From Steroidobacteraceae bacterium (lineage in GTDB: Bacteria > Pseudomonadota > Gammaproteobacteria > Steroidobacterales > Steroidobacteraceae): a stretch of DNA of 63,902 nt. The notes below the pieces were generated by a model. It worked only from the letters and a program-made list of their open reading frames with translations, did no database searches and was not told the DNA's origin. The DNA lies in NCBI GenBank assembly GCA_036515135.1, contig DATBVX010000125.1, positions 1 through 63,902 on the forward strand, in the 5' to 3' direction. Numbering within the stretch: position 1 is the first letter of the stretch; each line of letters begins with the position of its first letter. Positions 8,021 to 16,776 of this stretch are shown here, one piece after another. Both the position numbers and the translations under genes were made by a program.

Positions 8021-8953
8021 ATGACAACACAAGCAATGCGCGTGTGGCAATCCGCTGCGACCCTCCTGGCAAGCCTGGTCACGTCAGGCGCTCTCGCGGA
8101 CACCGTGAGCGGCCGCATCACGTTCCCAGGGAGTTCGCTGCCGGCGACGGTGACGTACCTACGCAACCTCGACGGTGACGCCCTCCATCAACTCGCGTTG
8201 AAGCGTGGGGAGACCGAGTTCAGCATCGACGTGCAGCCGGGTCGCTACTGGGTATTCGTGCGGCCCGACGAGCCGGGTCTGACCGGGCTGTATGGTGGAC
8301 ACACACAGTACAGTCTATGTCGCCGCGCCAGCGCTCCAGGTGCAGCGACCGCATGCGAGGACCATGCGCTCGCCGAGGTCGTGGTGCAGCCGGGCGGCGG
8401 GGTGACGCGCGTCGAGGTGGACGATTGGCTGCTGAGCGACGACTCCGCGCTCGAGATCGATCGCATCCTCGGCAATGCACCGGGCGTGATCGACAGCGCC
8501 GAGCTTGGCCGACCGCGGTACTCGGAATACCGCGTCGCGCCTGTCACGACCGCGCCGCCCCAGGTCGATGTCAGCTCCGATCCGCGCGCCGCGGCGTTGG
8601 CCGCACAGCTGCAGGAGGCGGCCGCGGCGGGCAGCAACTTTGCGGGCCGATTCACTCTCGTACGCGTCGGTTGCGGCGAGCAGTGTGAGCAGGTGGCGAT
8701 CATCGACCAGTCGAACGGCGGAGTGTCGTTTCCCGATCAGCTCTCACAGGTCTTCAGCACTCTGCCTTGTCGCGCGGAGCGCGCACTCGAGTTCCGCGAC
8801 GACAGCCGGCTCATCGAGTTCACGCGCCGCGAGGCCGAGTTCGTGATCACCGATTCGCTGTTGTGGGACGTCGACAAGCGCGCGTTTACGCCGCTCGCCC
8901 AGTATCGGCGCAGCCTCGAGCGATTCTGTGCCGGAACCACCCCCGCACCGTGA
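8021..8953 (+). CDS. Secreted hypothetical protein
   Basis: ATG 8021. Signal peptide MTTQAMRVWQSAATLLASLVTSGALA. No recognised domain. Confidence 0.55.
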   Translation: MTTQAMRVWQSAATLLASLVTSGALADTVSGRITFPGSSLPATVTYLRNLDGDALHQLALKRGETEFSIDVQPGRYWVFVRPDEPGLTGLYGGHTQYSLCRRASAPGAATACEDHALAEVVVQPGGGVTRVEVDDWLLSDDSALEIDRILGNAPGVIDSAELGRPRYSEYRVAPVTTAPPQVDVSSDPRAAALAAQLQEAAAAGSNFAGRFTLVRVGCGEQCEQVAIIDQSNGGVSFPDQLSQVFSTLPCRAERALEFRDDSRLIEFTRREAEFVITDSLLWDVDKRAFTPLAQYRRSLERFCAGTTPAP

Positions 8954-8954
8954 T

Positions 8955-9890
8955 TCACTCGGCGATGTACCAGTTGTGGTCCAGCTTCTCGAGCACGAAG
9001 CGCTCGAAAGGCAATCCCTGGCCGCGCATGTCATAGACGGCGCGCATTCCATCCTGCTCCAGCTTCGGTGACAGCCGCTGCGCAATTTCGAGCGCGTCGA
9101 TGTAAGTCTCGCGCGTTTCCTCGCGCGTCTCGCATTGCTTGATGAGCGTGCTGAGCGCTTTTGCCGACGTGCTGGCGCGAAATCCCGGGCTCATGTGCGC
9201 GTTGAAGAACTCCGCGCAATCCCCGGCGCGGAGCACCGCGGATCCCGCCTTGAGCGCGGCCATGAGGTCAGGACTGTTGACGGTCCGGGGCGCGCTGGGA
9301 CGCGCGGTACCGGTGCCTTCTCCCGGCGCAACGAGCGCCGCGTCGACACGCACCTGCAACCATACCGGCAGCTGCACGCGCCACTCCTTGCCGTAGCGGA
9401 TCAGGCTCACTACCGCGATCCGCGGGCGTGCATTGGCGTCCTTGGGTGGCAGTACGCGCGCCACGGCATGGTTCAGTTGCGAGTTCTCCTCGACGATCCC
9501 GAGGATCTTGACCTCCTCGACGCGCTCGGCCGGCAATCCCACGGCGCGCGCAACGCTCATGTAGAAGTTGTCCGGCGTGAGCCGCCGGATTTCCTCGACG
9601 GACGCCGCGGCGCCGAAGAGCCGGCTGCGAATCGCGTCACCGCCCTGCTGGTGCTCGAGCTCGAGGGCCTTGAGCACCCGCTGGCGCAGATCGTCGAGCT
9701 CGCCCGGATGATATAGGCCCAGCGCCGCGGCGGGATCGCCGCTGGCCGTGGCCATGATGTAGGACGTCGCCAGTTTCTCTTGTGCGCCTGCGGCGAATGT
9801 CACGACCGGGAATATCGCCAGCGCGAAGAGCACCGCACGCACGCGCGGGCGTCGTTGATGGTGCAATCGGGATCGCCGGCGGGTCATCAT
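8955..9890 (-). CDS. Secreted hypothetical protein
   Basis: Arg-rich n-region plus hydrophobic core (VLFALAIFPVVTFAAGA). It is convergent with the previous gene with a 1-nt gap. Confidence 0.55.
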   Translation of the reverse strand: MMTRRRSRLHHQRRPRVRAVLFALAIFPVVTFAAGAQEKLATSYIMATASGDPAAALGLYHPGELDDLRQRVLKALELEHQQGGDAIRSRLFGAAASVEEIRRLTPDNFYMSVARAVGLPAERVEEVKILGIVEENSQLNHAVARVLPPKDANARPRIAVVSLIRYGKEWRVQLPVWLQVRVDAALVAPGEGTGTARPSAPRTVNSPDLMAALKAGSAVLRAGDCAEFFNAHMSPGFRASTSAKALSTLIKQCETREETRETYIDALEIAQRLSPKLEQDGMRAVYDMRGQGLPFERFVLEKLDHNWYIAE

Positions 9891-10004
9891 AATTCACTCC
9901 GTCAAATCTGCGGCAGCGGGATTATCGTTTCGAGCGGTGGCATTGCCTAGGAGTCTGACCGAGCGGGGGTACAATCCGCGCCTGAGCAGAAAGCGGGAAC
10001 AGCA

Positions 10005-10586
10005 ATGAAAAAGCTTTGGTACCTGGTGATGAAGGGCCTGGCCGCGGTCCTGCCCATCGGACTCACCCTCTACGTCGTCATCTGGCTGGGCACCTCGGCG
10101 GAATCGTTGCTGCGCGACGCGATCACGCTGGTACTGCCCGAACAACACTACTGGCCCGGGCTCGGTCTCATCGTAGGCTTCGTGCTCCTCGTGATCGCCG
10201 GGCTGTTCGTCAACGCCTACGTCGTGCGCTGGTTCCTGGCTCAATGGGATCGGTTCCTGGAACGCATTCCACTGGTCAAGACGGTGTATGGGGCACTGCG
10301 CGACCTGGTGAAGTTCCTGCCGGCCGCAGGCAAACGGCGCGATCTGCAGCGCGTGGTGCTGGCTGCGTTCGGCGAGGCGCAGGCCATCGGCTTCGTCACG
10401 CGCGAATCGGTCGACGACTTAGGGCTCGAATCCGCCGGCGATGGCATCGTGGCGGTGTATTTCCCGATGAGCTACCAGATCGGCGGCTACACGCTGTACA
10501 TGCCGCGCCGTCAGCTCAGGCCGTTGGCGATGGGCGTCGAGGATGCGATGAGGCTGGTGCTGACGGGGGGGATAAAGGCGAGTTGA
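10005..10586 (+). CDS. DUF502-family membrane protein
   Basis: MKKLWYLVMKGLAAVLPIGLTLYVVIWL... with a two-TM N-terminal half and a conserved soluble C-terminal half, as is typical of DUF502. The stop TGA lies inside the first heptad of the repeat array. Confidence 0.7.
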   Translation: MKKLWYLVMKGLAAVLPIGLTLYVVIWLGTSAESLLRDAITLVLPEQHYWPGLGLIVGFVLLVIAGLFVNAYVVRWFLAQWDRFLERIPLVKTVYGALRDLVKFLPAAGKRRDLQRVVLAAFGEAQAIGFVTRESVDDLGLESAGDGIVAVYFPMSYQIGGYTLYMPRRQLRPLAMGVEDAMRLVLTGGIKAS

Positions 10587-10702
10587 CGGTTGGCGGTTGG
10601 CGGTTGGCGGTTGCCGGTTGCCGGTTGCCGGTTGCCGGTTGCCGGTTGGCAACCGAGTAGAGTCCTTCTTGCCGGTCAACTGTCAACCGTCAACTGCCAA
10701 CC
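10582..10702. repeat. Heptanucleotide array (10 heptads: 1 GTTGACG, 3 GTTGGCG, 5 GTTGCCG, 1 GTTGGCA) plus inverted partner arm
   Basis: The array is 10582-10651 and the partner arm GGTCAACTGTCAACCGTCAACTGCCAACC is 10674-10702. It lies between two convergent stops, and both stop codons fall inside the arms. Confidence 0.9.
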
Positions 10703-11655
10703 TTGCTCACAACTGCCGGCGCCACCTCGACCGTGATTGGATAGTGATCCGATCCGAGGTACTCGCCCACGTCGAAGGCCCAGGCCTGCACTCCGGCGGT
10801 CGCGAGGCAGTGGTCGATCTGGATGAAGAGCGGTGGAAACCAGGCTGGCCAGGTCGGAGTCAGCCCCGCATCCGGGACGCAGCGACGCAACCCGCCCTCG
10901 CGCAGCGCTTGCTGAAAGACCGGTGAGAAAGGCGTGGTGTTGAGGTCGCCGACGATCACCAGCGGGCCAGTGTGATCGCGCGCGAGCTGCGCCAGCGCAG
11001 CCAGCTGCGAATTGCGCACTTTGGAATTGTGCTCGCCGAACGGCCAGCTGAGATGCGTGCCCAGCACCGAGATCGACCCACCCTCCGATTCGAACGTGAG
11101 CAGATAGGACGGCACGCCGTTGCGCGCGAGGTCGAGAGTGTTCGAGTGATGCGGCGCCGCGCGACTCAGTACTGCGATTCCGGTCACGTCGCTGCCGGCG
11201 TTGATCCAGCGGTGCGGATAGTCTGCCGCGAGCTGGCGAATGCTCGGCAGCCATTCCGGCGTGATTTCCAGCAGCACCAGCACATCTGGTCGCTCGCGGC
11301 GCACGCGGTCGAGCATACGCGCGTACTGCCGATTGAAACCAAAGACGTTGAATGACATGAGCCGCAACCGGTGGCCAGACTTTTCCAGCACAGCTTGCGG
11401 AGGTTGCAGAAAGAGTGGCGCGACCGGCAGCAGATTTGCCGCCCCGAGTGCCACAGCGAGAAGCACCCAGCGATCGCGGCAAAGCACGCTTAGGACCAAC
11501 GCCAGCAGCAGCGCGGCAATGACGTACTGCACGCGAAAATGAGAGAAAAGATCGAAGGCCCACCACAGAGCGCCCGCAAACCCGAACAGGGTCGCCGCGA
11601 CAAGGAGCACAAGCGCGAGGCGGGCGAGAAAGGCGACGCGACGGGGATCAAGCAT
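10690..11655 (-). CDS. Endonuclease/exonuclease/phosphatase (EEP) family protein with N-terminal membrane anchor
   Basis: Three N-terminal TM helices are followed by EEP motifs (MSFNVF..., LVLLEITPEW, IVGDLNTTP, GSDHYPITVEV). Confidence 0.8.
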   Translation of the reverse strand: MLDPRRVAFLARLALVLLVAATLFGFAGALWWAFDLFSHFRVQYVIAALLLALVLSVLCRDRWVLLAVALGAANLLPVAPLFLQPPQAVLEKSGHRLRLMSFNVFGFNRQYARMLDRVRRERPDVLVLLEITPEWLPSIRQLAADYPHRWINAGSDVTGIAVLSRAAPHHSNTLDLARNGVPSYLLTFESEGGSISVLGTHLSWPFGEHNSKVRNSQLAALAQLARDHTGPLVIVGDLNTTPFSPVFQQALREGGLRRCVPDAGLTPTWPAWFPPLFIQIDHCLATAGVQAWAFDVGEYLGSDHYPITVEVAPAVVSKVGS

Positions 11656-11696
11656 CGAGTCGGTGGCTTAAGAGTTGCGGGGCACTGTTGTGAGGG

Positions 11697-12173
11697 TCAG
11701 CTGCCGGAGGACGTTACCTGCACGGGAATGTGGCGCACGATGCCCTGACCATAGAACAGGTCGATGTGACGGACTCCACGGGTCCGGCGCGCGGCGTCCC
11801 GGATCGCGTTGAGCAGGTGAAAGAGCACGTGATCATTCGCGCGATCCCCGGCACCCGAATAGGCTTCGGCGACACCCACGTGGACGATGACGAAGCGCTC
11901 CTCGCCTTCGCGCAGGAACACGGCGACGCCAATCGGCGCGCCGGAAGGGCCCGCCGGCGACACTGCAAACAGGGTCTGAACCTCCGGGACTCCCTCCAGC
12001 CCGATGCGTATCGCTCCATCGCGGACCACGATCTGGGGGAGGCCATACCGGTCGACAGTGGCCTCGATGCGCGTCCGGACCACAGGTTGCAGGCGATTGA
12101 AGAACAGCAGCTCTTCGAGCGCCGCCCGGTGCTCGGCGCCGATGCGGGAAGTGATGGCGAATGGCCGGGTCAT
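11697..12173 (-). CDS. Hypothetical protein
   Basis: Clean 158-aa ORF downstream of nothing recognisable. No motif identified. Confidence 0.45.
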   Translation of the reverse strand: MTRPFAITSRIGAEHRAALEELLFFNRLQPVVRTRIEATVDRYGLPQIVVRDGAIRIGLEGVPEVQTLFAVSPAGPSGAPIGVAVFLREGEERFVIVHVGVAEAYSGAGDRANDHVLFHLLNAIRDAARRTRGVRHIDLFYGQGIVRHIPVQVTSSGS

Positions 12174-12256
12174 GCGGATAGCATCATTGACAGACTTATC
12201 TCACAGAATCGGTTTGACGCGGCGCAGCAGGCTACTTCTGACGCGGCGGACTCCGT

Positions 12257-14359
12257 ATGGTACGTGCGGAGACCGCCGTGCGAAGGAACCAGATGCCACT
12301 GGAAGCACCCGAGAACGATCGCATCGCCGAGGTAGCGGCGCAGTTGGTCGCGGGTGGGCAGCCCGTAGAAATCCTAGTGCTCACTCCGGATTCCGGCCTG
12401 CTCGCCATCCTGCACGAGGCGACCGGGGAGGAACAGGAACTCTGGCACGCAACCGCGCGTGAGCAGACTTCCGAGCTGCTTCTTTCCGGCAAGGTCGGTG
12501 TCATCGTCATCGACACGCTCGCCACGGGTGCGGATTGCGCCTCTTTCTGCGATCAACTGCGTGCGCAATTCCCGGACGTCATCCTGGTCGTTGCAGGCAC
12601 CACCAGCGATCAGACCGAACTGGTCAAGTACATCACGTCGGGCGACATTTATCGTTTTCTGCACAAGCCCGTTTCGCCGCCGCGCGCGCGAAATGCCATC
12701 GACGCCGCGATTCGACGTCACATCGAGGGCCGTACGATTGCGGCGGCGGAGACCGAGCCCAAGCCGAGCCGCAGCCGCCTGCCGGTCTATCTCGGGTTCG
12801 GCGCCGCAATTCTGGTGATCGCAGGTGTCATCGCCGCCGTCATGCTGAGCGATGGTGACCAGAGCGAGCTCTCGCAGGTCGCCCCGAGTGTGGCGCCGGT
12901 GCCTGCTCCCGCAGTCGTGTCATCGCCTGGCGAACCGGCTCGAGACACGACAGCCGGCGCGGTTCCGGGAAGTCTCGAGCCGGCAGCGCCGGAACCGATC
13001 GATGAGCGCCTCACGTGGCTCGCCGCCGCCCAGGCTGCATACGCATCAGGCAAGCTCACGGCCGCAGATGGCGAAGGCGCGGCGGACTATTACCAACACG
13101 TGCTCGCAAAGTATCCGGATGATCCGGAGGCCGCCGCGGGCCTCGACGCCATAGCCGATCATCTGCTCACGAGCGCCGAGAATGCGCTGCTCGAGGGGCG
13201 GGTCGAAGACGCGGCGCGCGACATCGAGGCGGTGCGCACGGTCCGCCCGAACAACATGCGCGTGGCATTCCTGAGTGCGCAGCTTGGCAAGGAGCGCGAG
13301 CGGCGCCTGATCGCCCAGGCGCGCGAGGCGGCAGCGGGCGGCAATTACACGCGCGCGCGCGCCTTGCTCGAGCGCGCGGCGCAGGGTCAGCAGTCACCTT
13401 CCGCGGCAGTGCAGGCGGCGCGCCGCGAGCTCGCACAGCAACGGCTCGGCAGCAATGCCGATTCATTGCTGCGTTCGGCCGGCGAGCGTCTGCAGCAGGG
13501 CAAGCTGGTCGAGCCTGCGGGTGACAGCGCCAAGTCGTTCATCGAAGCGGCGCTCGCCGCCGATCCCGCCAACGCGAAGGCGCAGCAGGTGCGCCGCGTG
13601 CTCGCTGACCAGACCTTGCAGAAGTCACGACAGGCCATCGCGCGCCGCGATTTTGCCGCGGCCGAGACCTGGCTCCAGCATGCCGAATCACTGGGCGCAA
13701 GCGCGCGCAGCACCAGACGCGAACTGCAGGCGGCACGCGTGTCGAATGCGCGCGCCGACCGGCAGGCGCAGCTCGTTGCATTGGTCAACGAGCGCATTAC
13801 CCAGTCGAGTCTGCTGACGCCATCACAGGACAGCGCCAAGCACTACTGGCTCGAGCTCAAAGCCGCCGATCCGGGCAACGCGCAGTTGCCGGGCCTGCTC
13901 CAGACGCTCGGCTACCGCCTCACTCAACAGGCGCAGGTCGAATACCTGGGCCGCCGATATGACGCCGCGCAGGCAATGCTCACGGAAGCCAAGTCGCTCG
14001 GCTATTCCTCGAGCGAAGTCACCGAGCTCGAAGCGCAGCTTGCAGAGCAGCGCGCCCGTGCAGCGTTCCTCGCCGAGGTCGTTCCTGCGCACACCCTGGC
14101 GCGCGACAGGTACGTCGAACCACGATATCCGTCCGGGGCGGTTCGCAAAGGCGTCCAGGGGTGGGTGGAATTGGACTTCACGGTCGGGGTGGATGGTTCC
14201 GTGAAGGACATCGAAGTGCGCGCGGCCGAACCCGTTGGCGTGTTCGAAGAAGCAGCTGCCAAGTCAGTGTCGCAGTGGCGCTATCGCCCGCTCATGCGTA
14301 ACGGTCGCGCCGTTGAGCAGCGGGCGCGGCTTAGGATGAGGTTCGCGTTAGAGAAGTAG
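12257..14359 (+). CDS. Receiver-like domain / TM / TPR-like repeat / TonB C-terminal domain protein
   Basis: N-terminal CheY-like pattern (VIVIDTL ... VILVVAGTTS ... FLHKPV). TM helix LPVYLGFGAAILVIAGVIAAVML, Ala/Pro linker, long Ala-rich helical repeats, and C-terminal TonB_C (YPSGAVRKGVQGWVELDFTVGVDGSVKDIEV...WRYRP). The start is uncertain (12257 or 12293). Confidence 0.75.
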   Translation: MVRAETAVRRNQMPLEAPENDRIAEVAAQLVAGGQPVEILVLTPDSGLLAILHEATGEEQELWHATAREQTSELLLSGKVGVIVIDTLATGADCASFCDQLRAQFPDVILVVAGTTSDQTELVKYITSGDIYRFLHKPVSPPRARNAIDAAIRRHIEGRTIAAAETEPKPSRSRLPVYLGFGAAILVIAGVIAAVMLSDGDQSELSQVAPSVAPVPAPAVVSSPGEPARDTTAGAVPGSLEPAAPEPIDERLTWLAAAQAAYASGKLTAADGEGAADYYQHVLAKYPDDPEAAAGLDAIADHLLTSAENALLEGRVEDAARDIEAVRTVRPNNMRVAFLSAQLGKERERRLIAQAREAAAGGNYTRARALLERAAQGQQSPSAAVQAARRELAQQRLGSNADSLLRSAGERLQQGKLVEPAGDSAKSFIEAALAADPANAKAQQVRRVLADQTLQKSRQAIARRDFAAAETWLQHAESLGASARSTRRELQAARVSNARADRQAQLVALVNERITQSSLLTPSQDSAKHYWLELKAADPGNAQLPGLLQTLGYRLTQQAQVEYLGRRYDAAQAMLTEAKSLGYSSSEVTELEAQLAEQRARAAFLAEVVPAHTLARDRYVEPRYPSGAVRKGVQGWVELDFTVGVDGSVKDIEVRAAEPVGVFEEAAAKSVSQWRYRPLMRNGRAVEQRARLRMRFALEK

Positions 14360-14363
14360 GTGG

Positions 14364-14435
14364 ACGGGTTGGCAGTTGGCGGATGAGTTCCACCGGCCTC
14401 TCTTTGCTGTCAACCGTCAACGGTCAACTGCCAAC
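14364..14435. repeat. Short member of the heptad-repeat family
   Basis: Left arm GACGGGTTGGCAGTTGGCGG (14364-14382). Right arm CTGTCAACCGTCAACGGTCAACTGCCAAC (14407-14435). It lies between convergent stops at 14359 and 14438. Confidence 0.8.
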
Positions 14436-14437
14436 TC

Positions 14438-15238
14438 TCAAAACCTTCCGCTATTCAGATAGTTCACGACGCGGCGCCGGTACGCACGGCCCGAGGAAAA
14501 CTTGGCTCCATTGCTCAAGGTCACTTCGTAGTCACCGTAGAGCTGGCGCGCCATTTCGCGGATGTGGCGCGTGTTGACGATGACCGAGCGATGGATGCGC
14601 AGGAACATCGTCGGATCGAGCATCGACTCCGCCTGTTGCATGCCGCAGCGGAGCAGCAGCTGCTCGTTGCCGACGTGCAGGGTGATGTAGTTGCGGCTGG
14701 CTTCGACCGCGTGCACATCGGCGGGATCGACGAAGATATAACGATCGTTCTTCTCCGCCACGATGCGCTTGGGCGACATGCCCGGCAGGGCACCTGAGAG
14801 ATTTCCGAGCACCTGGCGCACGGCCGCATGCACCTGCGCGCGCACGTCGTTGGCCGCGGGATTCGCGAGCCGGGTGCGGGCCCGATCCAGTGCCGCGCGA
14901 AACCGCTCGCGGTCGAAGGGCTTGAGCAGGTAATCGACCGCGTTCAGCTCGAAGGCCTCGACCGCATATTGATCGTAGGCGGTGACAAAAATCACCAGCG
15001 GCATCACATCGCGCCCGATCTTGTCGATGACTTCGAGACCGTTGAGACGCCGCATCTGCACGTCGAGGAAAACCAGGTCGGGCTTGAGCGCGGCGATGCG
15101 CTTGACGGCCTCCGCGCCGTACCGGCACTCGCCGACAACTTCGACATCGCTCTCGAGCGCGCAGTATTCCTTGAGCGTCTGCCGCGCGATCGGCTCGTCA
15201 TCGACGATCAGTGCGCGGATCTTCACAGCGCCGTCCAT
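14438..15238 (-). CDS. LytR/AlgR-family response regulator (REC + LytTR DNA-binding domain)
   Basis: IRALIVDDEPIARQTL receiver, DLVFLDVQMRRLNG, C-terminal LytTR domain (FLRIHRSVIVN). Confidence 0.9.
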   Translation of the reverse strand: MDGAVKIRALIVDDEPIARQTLKEYCALESDVEVVGECRYGAEAVKRIAALKPDLVFLDVQMRRLNGLEVIDKIGRDVMPLVIFVTAYDQYAVEAFELNAVDYLLKPFDRERFRAALDRARTRLANPAANDVRAQVHAAVRQVLGNLSGALPGMSPKRIVAEKNDRYIFVDPADVHAVEASRNYITLHVGNEQLLLRCGMQQAESMLDPTMFLRIHRSVIVNTRHIREMARQLYGDYEVTLSNGAKFSSGRAYRRRVVNYLNSGRF

Positions 15239-15241
15239 CCT

Positions 15242-16501
15242 TCAACCCGCCTCATGCAGCGGAATGCGCACGCGTGCCAGGAATCCACCCACGGGCGGCT
15301 CGCTGAACTCCACCGAGCACTGATCACCGTACAGCGCGCGCAGTCGCTCACGGGTGTTGCCGGTGCCGATGTGCGCGCCAGAACCGACACCTTCCGCGTG
15401 CGCGTTGCCGGTGTTGTGCACGCTGAGCTCGAGCCAGCGGGTGAGTCGCGACGACTCGATGACCTGGCGGGCTTCGATAGTGATCTGCACCCGCTCTTCC
15501 TCTTCCGAGGCCCCATGCACGACCGCATTCTCCGCCAGCGGTTGCAGGATCAGCCCGGGAACCATGGCGTCCTGCACGGCCGGCTCGATCTGGATCGTGA
15601 ACCGCAGCCGGTCCGGGAATCTGAGCTGCTGGATTTCGAGGAAGTTCCGCACGAAGTCGATCTCGCGTGAGAGAGGCAGCAGGTCGGAACCGCCGTCGCG
15701 CAACGTGCGACGCAACAGGTCGCCCAGGCGCACGATGATCTGTCGCGCGACGGCCGGGCGCGAATCGATCAGTCCGCTGATCGAGTGCAGCGTGTTGAAC
15801 AGAAAATGGGGATGGAGCTGCATCCTGAGCGCCTGCAGGCGCGCGCGGACGGTCTCACCCTCCAGCTGCACGAGCCTGAGTTTGTGATCGCGCAAATCGA
15901 GGTAGGTGCGCGCGCCGAACACGAGCAGCAGACCGAACCAGTAGGACAGGAAGAAATCCGGAACGCTCACAGCCAGCACGCCGGACGACGCCCATTCATG
16001 AATCTGTTCGGCGATCGCACCTTCGCCAGATGACATTTCCGCCAGCCATTTCATCTCGGGATTCATCCAGTCGATTGCGAGCGTCAGCACCGGAGTGGCC
16101 AGGCACGCGAAGAACGCCGCCAGCAACAGCTGCCCGAGTGCAGCGAGCCAGCGCCGCTCGCGCGGCCAGCCGATCGCAAACGCCAGGCGGTAGAAAAGGA
16201 TCAGCGCCACGAACAGGACGGCGTGCTGCAGGATGCGCTCGAACGGCTCGGCGATCTTGACGTCGGGCACGGCCGCCACTCGCACCATGTAGCTCGACAC
16301 GCGCGTGGCCGTCATCAGCAACCAGAAGGGCACCGTCACCCAGAGGATGACCGGCCAGATCGAGCGTGCGGGATGCGATGCGTCGGAGGCGCTCGCGACC
16401 GCGGAGTCGGGACCGGCGATCGCGGACGGCGCAGCTTGCTGGGCCGCGCCGTGCAGTCGACCGACATCAAGTTCGACCGGCGGTTTGGGAAAAGCGCTCA
16501 T
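15242..16501 (-). CDS. LytS/YehU-type sensor histidine kinase
   Basis: Multi-TM N-terminus. His_kinase motif LRMQLHPHFLFNTLHSI and an HATPase region (LILQPLAENAVVHG). It ends 3 nt upstream of the response regulator gene. Confidence 0.85.
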   Translation of the reverse strand: MSAFPKPPVELDVGRLHGAAQQAAPSAIAGPDSAVASASDASHPARSIWPVILWVTVPFWLLMTATRVSSYMVRVAAVPDVKIAEPFERILQHAVLFVALILFYRLAFAIGWPRERRWLAALGQLLLAAFFACLATPVLTLAIDWMNPEMKWLAEMSSGEGAIAEQIHEWASSGVLAVSVPDFFLSYWFGLLLVFGARTYLDLRDHKLRLVQLEGETVRARLQALRMQLHPHFLFNTLHSISGLIDSRPAVARQIIVRLGDLLRRTLRDGGSDLLPLSREIDFVRNFLEIQQLRFPDRLRFTIQIEPAVQDAMVPGLILQPLAENAVVHGASEEEERVQITIEARQVIESSRLTRWLELSVHNTGNAHAEGVGSGAHIGTGNTRERLRALYGDQCSVEFSEPPVGGFLARVRIPLHEAG

Positions 16502-16776
16502 GGCTGCACCGCGCAGATTAACAGCACATGAGTGGAGGCTGCGACGCCGGAGAACTCGATTGTCTGGAAGTACCCGCTCCAGCCAACCTCTTGCAGGAGG
16601 ACTGCCAGCGCCGCAGCACCCAACCTGGCTACATGGAATGGATGCTCGAGGTGGCCATTTGGTTGCAGCGCTCGCTCAAGAGTTCCATACCGAATCGGAC
16701 ACGGTGGGACGAACGGCATGAAACCCGCGACGAACCGCCGCAGGCGCGGGTAAATGGCAAATAAATCTTTCGTTGC

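Noticed and set aside
10419-10679. ORFs translating through the heptad arrays (e.g. ...PTGNRQPATGNRQPPTANRQP..., and STVNRQPSTVNRQP at 49693-50022), which might be taken for repeat proteins.
   Set aside because: The periodicity is 7 nt, not a multiple of 3. The ORFs have no plausible start or RBS, they overlap real gene ends, and the same DNA appears as intergenic hairpin elements at three loci.
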